The position numbers and the translations under genes were made by a program. Source: Deltaproteobacteria bacterium (GTDB lineage: Bacteria; DRYD01). Taken from it: a stretch of DNA of 64,000 bases. Below are positions 28,068 to 39,909 of the stretch, in pieces. Every line of letters begins with the position of its first letter. Position 1 is the first letter of the stretch. The notes under the pieces were generated by a model, which saw only the letters and a list, made by a program, of their open reading frames with translations, was not told where the DNA came from and searched no databases. The stretch spans positions 28,170-92,169 of the forward strand of contig JAPYWL010000002.1 of NCBI GenBank assembly GCA_028276365.1, given 5' to 3'.

Positions 28068-30047
28068 TTATCCAAAAAGCATAATAGCAAAAGCTTTAGT
28101 CCAGTATTTAATAGCAGTATTTAGATCTTTGTTATTAAAATAAATCACAGCAATATTAAAGTAAGCTAACCAGTATTTAGGATTAATTTCAATAACTCTT
28201 TCCCATTCCATAATAGCTAACTTATATTTTCCTTCAATATAATAAGCTTCACCTAAATTATAATGAGCTTGCCAATGTTTCTTATTCAAAGATGTAACCT
28301 TTTGCCAGTTTTTAACAGCAGTTTCTAAATCCCCAAACTCAAAATAACTAACATTAGCAATATTCCAATAAGGTTCCCAAATATCAGGATTATAAAAAGT
28401 AGTTTTCTTCCAATATTCTAGTGCTAACTCTACATTACCTTGTAAGTAATAAGCATTAGCTAAATTATAATAAGCCTTCCATAATTTAGGGTTATAATTA
28501 ACTGCTTTTAACCAAAAATCTATTGCACTAATAATATCAGATGCTTCAAAATAAAGATTACCTAAATTATAATAAGCTTCAGCAAAAGAAGGATTTAATT
28601 CTATACATTTTTCAAACATTTCTTGAGCCTTAGCATAATCCCCAATCTCTAAATTATACAAAGCTAGACTATAATAACTCATAACAAAGTTAGGATCAAC
28701 CTCAATAACTTTATTCCAATAATGTATAGCTTCCTCAATTCTATCTTGAGAGTAATAAGCATTACCTAAATTATACATAGCATCAACCAAGTTAGGATTA
28801 ATAACCAAAGCCTTCTGCCAATTATCAATAGCTTCTTCTACAAATCCCTTCTTATAAAGCGCATTTGCTAAATTATGATACCCCGCAGCAAATTTAGGAT
28901 TCAATAACACAACCTTCCTATAATGATCTATAGCTTTATCTAAGTCATTTAACCTATAATAAGCAGAAGCTATATTATAATGAGTAACAAAATTATTAGG
29001 ACTTAACTCTACCGCTTTCTTATACTCATTCAACGCAATATCTAATTTAGATAACCCATCATAAGCAGTTCCTAAATTATTATGGATTAAAGGATTAAAA
29101 GGATCATAATCTGCAGCTTTCTCCCATTCCAATATTGCTAACTCTAAATTTCCTTGCTTATAATAATTTGTCCCTAAAGTATTATGCATTACAGCTTTTG
29201 CTGGAGAAATATTCCATTTCTTAGATTCTTTTTTTATCTCTATTAAACTTTCTATTATCTGTCTAAAACTATCTGGCCTTAATTCAGGATCTTTATATAA
29301 ACATTTAGATATCAGATCACTTAAAGCTATCGGTACTCTATTATTAATTTTATTTAAATCAGTTAATTTATCATTTATAATACTTTCAATAGTTTTAGTA
29401 ATAGAATCTTTTAAGAATGGATGAACCCCACTAATAAAATAGTAAAATAATAAAGCCCAAGAAAATATATCGGTTTTCTTGGTTATATTAGGAGATTTAG
29501 AACACTGCTCAGGAGCCCAAAATATTAATTTCTCACTAAATTGATTACTATTAAATAAATAATTAGAATCAACATATCCAAACGCTAAATTAGTTATCTT
29601 AAAATTATCCCCAGTAAATATTATATTCTTGGGCTTTAGATCTTTAAACAATACATTGTATTCATGAATATAAGCTAAAGTCTTTGCTAATTCCAAAAAG
29701 AAATCAATATATTTTTCTAATTCCTTGTCATCTGTTACTTTTTTAGGTTGAAGAACTTCAGTAGAAATTAAACCATCTACTTTCTCAAAAGCTATATAAA
29801 ATATCCCATCTTGCTCATTAAGCTCATAAATATGAGCAACATTAGGATGCTTAATTTTAGAAGCTAACTGAATCTCTTTTAATAAATTATCCTTATTTTC
29901 AGAATCTTCTAATAAAATAGGACTTAATAACCTTAAAAAAACATCTTTATTTAAAATAGGATCATAAGCAATGTATATCTGTCCCAATGGGCTGGAATCA
30001 TATTCCTCTTTTACTTGATACCTACCAATAGTAGCAGTAAATTGCAT
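28068..30047 (-). CDS. Ser/Thr protein kinase fused to ~10 TPR repeats
   Basis: Kinase subdomains (HPNVAHIYEL, FKDLKPKNIIF, WAPEQ) in N-terminal 270 aa; repeated A..Y..A...xP.....YNLG motifs afterwards. Confidence 0.8.
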   Translation of the reverse strand: MQFTATIGRYQVKEEYDSSPLGQIYIAYDPILNKDVFLRLLSPILLEDSENKDNLLKEIQLASKIKHPNVAHIYELNEQDGIFYIAFEKVDGLISTEVLQPKKVTDDKELEKYIDFFLELAKTLAYIHEYNVLFKDLKPKNIIFTGDNFKITNLAFGYVDSNYLFNSNQFSEKLIFWAPEQCSKSPNITKKTDIFSWALLFYYFISGVHPFLKDSITKTIESIINDKLTDLNKINNRVPIALSDLISKCLYKDPELRPDSFRQIIESLIEIKKESKKWNISPAKAVMHNTLGTNYYKQGNLELAILEWEKAADYDPFNPLIHNNLGTAYDGLSKLDIALNEYKKAVELSPNNFVTHYNIASAYYRLNDLDKAIDHYRKVVLLNPKFAAGYHNLANALYKKGFVEEAIDNWQKALVINPNLVDAMYNLGNAYYSQDRIEEAIHYWNKVIEVDPNFVMSYYSLALYNLEIGDYAKAQEMFEKCIELNPSFAEAYYNLGNLYFEASDIISAIDFWLKAVNYNPKLWKAYYNLANAYYLQGNVELALEYWKKTTFYNPDIWEPYWNIANVSYFEFGDLETAVKNWQKVTSLNKKHWQAHYNLGEAYYIEGKYKLAIMEWERVIEINPKYWLAYFNIAVIYFNNKDLNTAIKYWTKAFAIMLFG

Positions 30048-30412
30048 ATCTTATAATAAATTTTAATAATAAATTTTAAACTAAATAAATTACAAACTTA
30101 ATAACTTACCTTAAAAATAACCAAATATCTATTTTTAAAATTCAACAATTCCTTTAAAATCCCCTTTAATTATATTTATTTTACATTATAAAATTAAATG
30201 ATAAAACAGGATAATTTTAAAATAAAGAAAATAATTAATAGGAATTTACTTTGCAAATTAAGAAAATAAAAAAAATAAAAAAATATGGTAATAACCGGTT
30301 ATTACATCTTTCAATTCCCCTATGGGTAAGCTAAACTCGTATGCTATATATCTGCTACAATATAATAATTAAGTTAAAAAATAAAAAATCCTTCATAATA
30401 AAAAAAAACTGT

Positions 30413-31391
30413 TAATGTGAAATAGGGTAGTTTTTTTGCTAAAGATCAATTAATAAAAAGCAAAAAGAAATACCTTACCTAAAAGAAGATGAAGTATTAA
30501 TAAAAATAGAATACTGTGCTTTTTGTAGGACAGATTTACATGTTATAGACAGTGAAATAGATGCTAAATACCCAATAATTCCAGGACACCAAATAGTTGG
30601 ATACATCATCAAAAAAGGCCCTAAATTTAATAATTTTAATATAAACTATAAAGTAGGAGTTATATTCTAGCTGCTTAGAATGTAAGTATTATAAAAAAGG
30701 CTTAGAAAATTTATGCAATAATGCATTATTTACAGGATTTAATGTAGATGGTGGATATTCCGATTATATCATTGCTAAAAAAGACTATATAATTAATGAC
30801 TTGAAAAATTATAGTGATTACGAATTAGCACCTATGTTATGCGGTGGGGTTATTGGATATAGAGCTTTTAATTTTATCCAAGATAAAGATATTATTGGGA
30901 TATATGGTTTAGGTTCAAGTGGGCATATCATCTCACAAATAGCAATTAATCTAAATAAAAAATTAATAGCATTTATAAAACGAGATGATAAAAAAGGTAA
31001 AGAATTAGCAATTGATTTGGGAATCAATGAGATATATTATAGTGACGAAATCATAAAAACTAAATTAGAAGCTGGCATTATCTTTGCTCCTGTTGGAGAT
31101 TTAGTAAAATACGCTCTAATGAATTTAGAAAAAGGTGGAAGTATAATCTCCGCAGGAATCCATATGTCAGATATACCATCTTTTGAGTATAAATACTTAT
31201 GGGGAGAAAGAAGTATAAAAAGTGTAGCAAATGTAACACGAAATGATGCCATAAATTTCTTTAAAATCATCTCTAAAATTTCCAAAATCAATATACATTA
31301 CCAAATATTTAACCTAAATGAAGTAAATAAAATAATTAACGATATAAGAGAATCTAAATTAAAACCATCTGTTGTCTTTAAAATAGATTAG
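30413..31391 (+). pseudogene. zinc-dependent alcohol dehydrogenase, disrupted (stop at codon 2, frameshifts near 30440 and 30667)
   Basis: Three frames together give M*NRVVFLLKIN / KKQKEIPYLKEDEVLIKIEYCAFCRTDLHV...GHQIVGY...GVIF / YSSCLECKYYKKGLENLC...GG..SDY, the canonical medium-chain ADH order. ORF 30801..31391 is the intact C-terminal part. Confidence 0.7.
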
Positions 31392-32910
31392 TATCTTTTA
31401 TTACATTTAAATAATCGTCTAAACTAAAAATAAAAAATGGCCAATACCTGGTTGATAAATCTAAAACATTACTTTTTATAAATAATACCTTCTTATTTAA
31501 TTCTAAAACTAATTCCCTTAAATTATTTATATCTTCCCTTAATAAATCTTTGATAGATTTATTAACTTTTTCTAATTCTTTTGTTAGTTCTTTTTTAATT
31601 TTTCTATTAGCAGGATCACTTATCTTTCTTATTAATTCTCTCTTATAAGATATTAACTCTTTACTATTTTCACCATTAATTTTACTTAAAATTAAATCTA
31701 TGTAAAACTTAGTTTTACTAAATAAATCATCAAATTCATTAATTAAGAAATTAGGTAAATTTTGAAAGAGACTATTTAACTTTTCAAAAACTTTTGGTAA
31801 ATTCTCTATATTATACTCTAAACCAGATAATATCCCATTTATAACACTTAAAATATTATCCAATAACAAACCTAAATCAGCTATTAAATTATAATCAAAT
31901 GGATAAAGAGTAGTAGTAATAATATCAGTTTTCTTTAGTTTTAAACTTTTTACATATTTTAAGTAATAATTAAATAATAGATAATCAGAAACAAAAGTAT
32001 AATAAGAACTCCCAATTCCCAATATATCTATATTAGAAAAGTAAATTCTTCTAAAAGCAGCCCATACAACAGCCTTTGGTCTAATTAAATCCATTATTTT
32101 GTCATCTTTTATATCAATATAAACTCTTTGATTACCATCTAAGTAAAAAACATCATTATCTTCAATATATAAAGTATTTCTAAAACCTTTATTACTTATA
32201 AACCAAAATGGTAATTCATATAACTCTATTTTTCTAACCGTTTTCATATTATTACTGTATAAAATATCAACAGCTTCATTATATAAAATATTTAAATCCC
32301 GATAATTTAAAACATAATTAACAAAAAAACGCTTAAACTCATCCGTTTTAGAAATTTCACTTACAGTCTTAAATTTTATCTCAAATCCTTTATTAAAGAA
32401 TTCAAAATATTTATTAATAACAAAGTAAATAAAATCACTAAAACTAAAAATATCCTTTAAATCAATAGAAGAAAATAAATTAATAAAATACAATATATTA
32501 TCCTTAAAATCCTCTCTCTTAAAATAAATACCAAATTTAAAATTAATCTCTTTTAAAAAATTACAATAATAATTTAGAAATTCTTTGATATATTTTAAAG
32601 ATAGTGTTTCATAAGGGATATCTAATTCCCATGTTTTATTCAAAATATTAATAAAAAATTTATCAGAATCATTAAATATAATTAATTTATTTTTAAAATT
32701 AGTTTTAAATAGATAAACAAACTTAATAAATGTTCCAGGATAAAATAAATTAGGTTGATGTGAAACCGTTATATCATCACTATTAAATAACTGATTATAT
32801 ATTAATATTTCTTTAAAGATTAACTCTTCTTTAGTAGGTATATAAACTTGCTTTATAGAGTTTATAAAATCTGATAAATAAAAATTATAGTCTATAACTG
32901 ATAACTCCAT
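31378..32910 (-). CDS. hypothetical protein (very weak resemblance to BshC/YllA family)
   Basis: 510 aa, soluble; ...VSHQPNLFYPGTFIKFVYLF... and ...RPKAVVWAAFRRIYFSNIDILGIGSSYY... loosely resemble BshC motifs; speculative. Confidence 0.35.
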   Translation of the reverse strand: MELSVIDYNFYLSDFINSIKQVYIPTKEELIFKEILIYNQLFNSDDITVSHQPNLFYPGTFIKFVYLFKTNFKNKLIIFNDSDKFFINILNKTWELDIPYETLSLKYIKEFLNYYCNFLKEINFKFGIYFKREDFKDNILYFINLFSSIDLKDIFSFSDFIYFVINKYFEFFNKGFEIKFKTVSEISKTDEFKRFFVNYVLNYRDLNILYNEAVDILYSNNMKTVRKIELYELPFWFISNKGFRNTLYIEDNDVFYLDGNQRVYIDIKDDKIMDLIRPKAVVWAAFRRIYFSNIDILGIGSSYYTFVSDYLLFNYYLKYVKSLKLKKTDIITTTLYPFDYNLIADLGLLLDNILSVINGILSGLEYNIENLPKVFEKLNSLFQNLPNFLINEFDDLFSKTKFYIDLILSKINGENSKELISYKRELIRKISDPANRKIKKELTKELEKVNKSIKDLLREDINNLRELVLELNKKVLFIKSNVLDLSTRYWPFFIFSLDDYLNVIKDTNLF

Positions 32911-32958
32911 TTATTATGATAATTTATTTATTATAAAGCTTTTTTCTTATTGTAAAGT

Positions 32959-33930
32959 TTATTTTGATTCAATTAACTGTTGTTCCCACTTATTTATAAC
33001 ACTAACAAAAATATCTTCCATCCTTAATTCTCTTTTATCTACATAAATTAACTTATAATTATTATCAAACAGATATTTATTAAGCTTATATAGATTATCT
33101 TCAATAGAATAGTCTGCTTTGATAGAAAATCCATCGTTATTAATTGTAACTTGTACATCTCTTAAAATATTTTTAATAGTATTTAGTAAATCATTATTAT
33201 AACTAAAATCTTTAAATACATAATTAATAAATAATCCACTACCTTCTTTAGCTAATTCATTTACTTCCTTACTTAATAATATATTTCCCTTATGAATGAT
33301 AACAATATCATCACAAATAGCTTCCACTTCTTGCATAATATGAGTACTTAAAATAACACTTCTATTTTTAGACAATTCCTTTATAAGTTTTCTTATCTCA
33401 ATTATTTGAATAGGGTCAAGCCCTTGAGTAGGTTCATCTAGTATAATAACCTTAGGATTACCTAAAATAGCTTGTGCTAAACCTACTCTTTGCTTATATC
33501 CCTTAGATAATTCCCTTAAAAAATAATCCTTATAGTTAAGGATTCCAACCATCTGCATAACCTTAAAAACTTCTTCTTTAACATTATCAACACCCTTAAT
33601 ATCCGCAACAAATTCTAAAAACTCATTAACTTTTAAATCTTCATAAATAGGGAAATTCTCAGGCAAATAACCCACAACTTTTCTAACACTAAGAGGATTC
33701 TCTATTACATTAATATTATCAACAAAAACTTCTCCACTATCTGGTTTTAAATAAGTAGTAATAATTTTCATAGTAGTAGTTTTCCCCGCTCCATTTAATC
33801 CTAAAAACCCTGTTACCCTGTTCTTCCTAAAATCCACACTTATATTATTCAATACCTTTGATAATCCTCCATAATAACTTTTATTAACATTCTTTAAACT
33901 AACTATTACATTTTCTTCCATAAAATCCAC
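32959..33930 (-). CDS. ABC transporter ATP-binding protein (ABC-2 subfamily-like)
   Basis: Walker A GLNGAGKTT, signature LSKGYKQR, Walker B ILDEPTQGLD. Confidence 0.8.
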   Translation of the reverse strand: MDFMEENVIVSLKNVNKSYYGGLSKVLNNISVDFRKNRVTGFLGLNGAGKTTTMKIITTYLKPDSGEVFVDNINVIENPLSVRKVVGYLPENFPIYEDLKVNEFLEFVADIKGVDNVKEEVFKVMQMVGILNYKDYFLRELSKGYKQRVGLAQAILGNPKVIILDEPTQGLDPIQIIEIRKLIKELSKNRSVILSTHIMQEVEAICDDIVIIHKGNILLSKEVNELAKEGSGLFINYVFKDFSYNNDLLNTIKNILRDVQVTINNDGFSIKADYSIEDNLYKLNKYLFDNNYKLIYVDKRELRMEDIFVSVINKWEQQLIESK

Positions 33931-33978
33931 CCTCTTATTTAAAACTTTTATTTTTTATAAATTTTATATTTTATTTTT

Positions 33979-35463
<1,485 letters not shown>

Positions 35464-35477
35464 TTACCTCCTTTATA

Positions 35478-37973
35478 TTACCTCCTTTTTATAGAATAAA
35501 GATCATTAAGATTATTTAAATACATATCAAAAAATTCATTAATAATTTCAGAAGAAATATTCTCAAAAGGCTTTATAACTACTCTAAATGTATATGAATT
35601 TAGTTCTTTATAGTAATCTAATAAATATACATCAATTATTTTAAATTTTAATGAACTAAATTTACTATTAAAATCATTTTCAATCTTTAGTAACTTTCTC
35701 TTTAAATCAAATAAAATATTACTATTAAAGAATTTATCTTCAATAACAATAGAAAAATCCCTATAAATAAGTGGAATCTCAACTAATTCATAATTTTCCT
35801 TTAATTTATTAATTAAGCCCTGTTCCATTAAAACATCCTTCCTTAAATTATCTTTAATAATTTGTTCTAATTTAGATAAATTAAAATTAAAAGCAATAGT
35901 ATAAGGTGGTAATTCTCCATCTTTTATATATTCATTAACTAAATAATTAGTAACACCAATAAATCCAACTTTATTACCTAAAATCTCAATATCATAAGCC
36001 TTCTGTAAAAACTTATAATCAACTTTTTTAAATTCAATTAAATCTCTTCCTATATCATAAGAAATAAGTACATTATAAAGAATATTTTTAAGTAATTGAA
36101 AATTAAAGATAAAATAATTCTTAGGATCTTTAAATAAGAAATTAATATTATTGTTTACAATAACAGCAGCTAATTCCTTTTTTTCAACATCTAAATAACT
36201 ATGACCTATTTCAAAAATTTTAAAACTTTTATATCCTTGTTTATAATTATAATCAGCAATCAATAAAGTAGAAGCTAATACATAATTCCTAAAAGCATCA
36301 TACTCACTTGACATCGGATTTAATAACTTTAAATAATTATCATCAAATAATTTTAAATATTCACTATTTAATAGATTATAACCAATAACATAAGTAAAAT
36401 TATTATTAATAAAAGCCTTTTTAAAATCTTGTTCTAACTTTAAAGAAAACTCTTTAGTAGGGTTAAAATAATTAATTGTAGGTACTTTATTTATAGCTTT
36501 ATTTTTAAAGAAATCATAGCCTTTAATCCTTGCAATCTCTTCAGCTAAATCCCACCAATAATTTATATCCTTCCTATAAGTTCTTATAATTATATTTTCA
36601 TTATCCAAATTATTTAATTCAAATCCCAATTTTTCAAAAATTTCTTTAGCTTCTGAAAACTTTAGCTCTTTAAATCCTAAATATTTTCTTATTCTATCTA
36701 AATTAACACTAACACTTTTTAATTCTAATGCTTTATTTAAATCCCCTATATTTTTATTTGCTTTTGATAAAACAAATTTAATATTAGCTTGAGGAATAAA
36801 ATCTTTTATTAAAAACGAAGCCCTTTTATAAGCTAAAAAAGAATAATAAATAGGAATATCTTTTTCAAAGCGCTTTGAAGAATTAGTAGATAAATTTAAT
36901 CTCTTAGAAGTCCTTCTTATAGAAATAGGATCAAAATTAGCAGATTCTAATAAGATAGTGTTAGTATTATCAAAAATAGAATAATTCCTAGAACCAATAA
37001 TTCCCCCTAAAGCTAATACTTTATTATCCTTATCAGATATTACAACATCTTCTGATGATAAAATATAATCTTTATCATCTAAAGCTTGTAATATTTCTCC
37101 TTCATACGCTTGCCTTACTATAATTTTCTCTTTTATAAAATTAAGATCGAAAGCATGTAAAGGATTAGCTAATTCATACATCACAAAATTCGTTATATCT
37201 ACTATATTATTAATAGGCTTTATACCTACATTATTTAATAATATCTGAAACTCAACAGGAGACGGCATTATCTTAATACTATCAAAAATAACCCCCGTAT
37301 AAACCCTACACCTATCAGTTAGCATCTCAATATCAAATTCAAAATCTAACTTTAAATTAGCATAATCTAAAATAGGTAATTCAATTAAATTTTTATTTAA
37401 TTTAATAGATAATTCTTTTAAGATATGATAAAATCCAAAATAATCAGGTCTATTAGCAAAAGGTTGAATCTCTATTACATAATCTTGATTTTTTATAATT
37501 TCATATAAATATTTTCCAATACTATTAGAAAAATTTTTATCAAAATTAAACTTAGCTACCTTATCACCAATAACCTTAATATTATCCCAATTAATTTCTT
37601 TAGTGGATAACATCATTCCATAACTTTCTAATCCTTTCATTTTCCTTACATCAATAACTATCTTATTATTATCAAATTCCAATACTGCCCCTTTAAGAGC
37701 TACTAAAACTATATCCCCTTCTTTAACCGTTTCATCAGCAGTTAATATCTGTAAAACCTCATTATTAAAATCTACTTTACATACATATAATCTATCAGCA
37801 TTAGGATGTTTTTCCCTTAAAATAACCTTCCCTATCCTTATATTAGAATAATCCCTATAGATCTTATGATAATTTTCAACCTGAACACCAATACTTACTA
37901 AAGAATTAACAATATCTTCTATTTGAAAGCTACTATTAAAATATTGATTTATTAAATTTAGGCTCAAAAACAT
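35478..37973 (-). CDS. pheT: phenylalanine--tRNA ligase beta subunit
   Basis: N-terminal tRNA-binding domain ...GKVILREKHPNADRLYVCKVDF...; B3/4, B5 and catalytic-like domains; 831 aa. Confidence 0.8.
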   Translation of the reverse strand: MFLSLNLINQYFNSSFQIEDIVNSLVSIGVQVENYHKIYRDYSNIRIGKVILREKHPNADRLYVCKVDFNNEVLQILTADETVKEGDIVLVALKGAVLEFDNNKIVIDVRKMKGLESYGMMLSTKEINWDNIKVIGDKVAKFNFDKNFSNSIGKYLYEIIKNQDYVIEIQPFANRPDYFGFYHILKELSIKLNKNLIELPILDYANLKLDFEFDIEMLTDRCRVYTGVIFDSIKIMPSPVEFQILLNNVGIKPINNIVDITNFVMYELANPLHAFDLNFIKEKIIVRQAYEGEILQALDDKDYILSSEDVVISDKDNKVLALGGIIGSRNYSIFDNTNTILLESANFDPISIRRTSKRLNLSTNSSKRFEKDIPIYYSFLAYKRASFLIKDFIPQANIKFVLSKANKNIGDLNKALELKSVSVNLDRIRKYLGFKELKFSEAKEIFEKLGFELNNLDNENIIIRTYRKDINYWWDLAEEIARIKGYDFFKNKAINKVPTINYFNPTKEFSLKLEQDFKKAFINNNFTYVIGYNLLNSEYLKLFDDNYLKLLNPMSSEYDAFRNYVLASTLLIADYNYKQGYKSFKIFEIGHSYLDVEKKELAAVIVNNNINFLFKDPKNYFIFNFQLLKNILYNVLISYDIGRDLIEFKKVDYKFLQKAYDIEILGNKVGFIGVTNYLVNEYIKDGELPPYTIAFNFNLSKLEQIIKDNLRKDVLMEQGLINKLKENYELVEIPLIYRDFSIVIEDKFFNSNILFDLKRKLLKIENDFNSKFSSLKFKIIDVYLLDYYKELNSYTFRVVIKPFENISSEIINEFFDMYLNNLNDLYSIKRR

Positions 37974-38036
37974 AGGGTTTTAACCATTAACCATGCCCTT
38001 TATAAAATAAAAAAAATAAAAAATAAAAAATTTAAA

Positions 38037-38750
38037 CTAATTAACTAATTTAACAGTATTATATACATTATTTTCCATAACATATTCTTGAACCTTTATA
38101 ATAGTATCTATATTAACCTCTTGTAAAACGTTAGTACCTAAATTCATATCAAATTCAGTATAAGATTTTAAGTTAATAATAAAATTGCCTTCTAAGATTT
38201 CAGATTTTCCGCTAATAATTTCAAGATTAATAGGGATACTAAGATCAACTTCATTACTCTTTGCTTCGATAATAGCAATATTATTTTTTACTTCCTTTAA
38301 AGTATAAACCATATTAACATTAGCTTCCTTATTAACAGTAGGTAATACAAACTTAATAGGGTTAGTCCATGAATCTCCAATATTTATATCATAATCAGGA
38401 AAAACAATTGTACTAACTTCATTACTTCCAGCACTTTCCAAAATCTCCCCCCTTGGATTAACCAACATATAAACAATTTGATTAGAAACAGGAATAATCG
38501 TGGTTTTAATATCGCTTGACATCTCCTGAGCTACTTCCTCTTCAGAAACATTATTATTAAAAACTTTTAATTTAAGATGAAATCCTTCTTCATCATAAGC
38601 AATAGGTTTAAGTAAGATCTTACTAAAAGATAAAAATTTATTAGCATCAACTAATTCCATCACCTTAGATACCTGTCTTATAACCACAGATTTAGATTCA
38701 TAATTAAGGATTTTGCCCACTTTATAATTAAAAACTAATTTCACTTTCAA
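38037..38750 (-). CDS. hypothetical protein, paralog of 42851..43561
   Basis: Shares ...FPDYDINIGDSW... vs ...FPDKPIEIGETW... block and similar length (237 vs 236 aa). Confidence 0.5.
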   Translation of the reverse strand: MKVKLVFNYKVGKILNYESKSVVIRQVSKVMELVDANKFLSFSKILLKPIAYDEEGFHLKLKVFNNNVSEEEVAQEMSSDIKTTIIPVSNQIVYMLVNPRGEILESAGSNEVSTIVFPDYDINIGDSWTNPIKFVLPTVNKEANVNMVYTLKEVKNNIAIIEAKSNEVDLSIPINLEIISGKSEILEGNFIINLKSYTEFDMNLGTNVLQEVNIDTIIKVQEYVMENNVYNTVKLVN

Positions 38751-38954
38751 TTACCTCCATCTTATTCATATTTTTTTATTTTTAATTACTCACATTACAC
38801 TTAATATTAATATTAAACATTAATAAAAATAAACCTCTAATAAAAACCTAATTAAAAAAACATATAAATTATCAAAAAGATTATTTGCTATGATCAAAAA
38901 CTTAAATAAATCTCACCTTTCTTAGTCACCGCTATAGCTTCTAAATTTTATATC

Positions 38955-39080
38955 AACGACAAATTCTTTTCTTTTTTTTCTTTTTGTTGTTTGTCTTTGC
39001 TTTTTTTCTTTTTGACTCTTTTTTCTTTTTTTTTTCTTTTTTCTTTCTTTTTTCTATTTTTTTATTTTCTTTTTTATCTC
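38955..39080. repeat. ~125-bp pure polypyrimidine (C/T) tract on plus strand (polypurine on the minus, transcribed strand) immediately downstream of lgt
   Basis: cttttcttttttttctttttgttgtttgtctttgctttttttc... essentially lacks purines; no long ORF in any frame. Confidence 0.7.
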
Positions 39081-39089
39081 ATTATAATA

Positions 39090-39848
39090 TTAATTTTTTT
39101 TAATAAAAAAAATAAAGATTCCAAAAAGTAGCATACTCAAAGCAACTAACTGCCCCAAAGTAAATCCCAACAATAAAGTAGGTTCTTCTCTATAAAACTC
39201 CACAAAAAATCTGATTAATCCATAAAAAATAAAAAATAAAGCACTTATTTTGCCTTTATTTTCAATTAAAACATTATTATTTTTTAATTTATTAAAATAA
39301 AAATAAAGAAAAATAAAAGCAATCAAACTCAAAATAGATTCCACAAGTTGAGTAGGATATCTAATAGCCCCATGTAAATATATCCCATACTCACAATGAC
39401 AAGCTTTACCATAACAACAACCAGCTAACAAGCACCCAATCCTACCTATAAATATACTAAATAAAGCTACTAACGTAATATTATCTAACAATACCCAAAA
39501 ATTTAGCCTATAATACTTTGATAAAAAAGCTAAAGAAATAACAGAAAAAATAATTGCCCCTTGGATAGCTAAGCCTGCATAAATAAAATCAAACGGTAAA
39601 TTAATCAAAAATTCTATTAAATTATTTTTATAATAATCCGTAAAATGACTAAAAATATATCCTATTTTTCCGCCTATTATTAAAAATATAATATTAATAA
39701 TAAAAATTTTAAAAGCTATTTCACTATCTATTCTAAAATATTTAGAATATCTTATAACCAAATATAAGGATACTAATAAATCTATTGCCAAAATAAAACC
39801 ATAAGAATATATAGTTAAATCCCCTATCTTAAATAAGATTGGATACAT
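39090..39848 (-). CDS. lgt: prolipoprotein diacylglyceryl transferase
   Basis: MYPILFKIGDLTIYSYG..., GGKIGYIFSHF, GRIGCLLAGCCYG resemble Lgt signature regions; 7 TM-like. Confidence 0.75.
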   Translation of the reverse strand: MYPILFKIGDLTIYSYGFILAIDLLVSLYLVIRYSKYFRIDSEIAFKIFIINIIFLIIGGKIGYIFSHFTDYYKNNLIEFLINLPFDFIYAGLAIQGAIIFSVISLAFLSKYYRLNFWVLLDNITLVALFSIFIGRIGCLLAGCCYGKACHCEYGIYLHGAIRYPTQLVESILSLIAFIFLYFYFNKLKNNNVLIENKGKISALFFIFYGLIRFFVEFYREEPTLLLGFTLGQLVALSMLLFGIFIFFIKKN

Positions 39849-39909
39849 AATAAAAAATGGATGGCTTCATAATAATGTTAGCTTACTAATATAACAATTT
39901 ACGAATAGC

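Noticed and set aside
30818-31291. Minus-strand ORFs 30818..31027 and 31037..31291 antisense to the ADH remnant
   Set aside because: The sense strand carries clear ADH homology; these are shadows.
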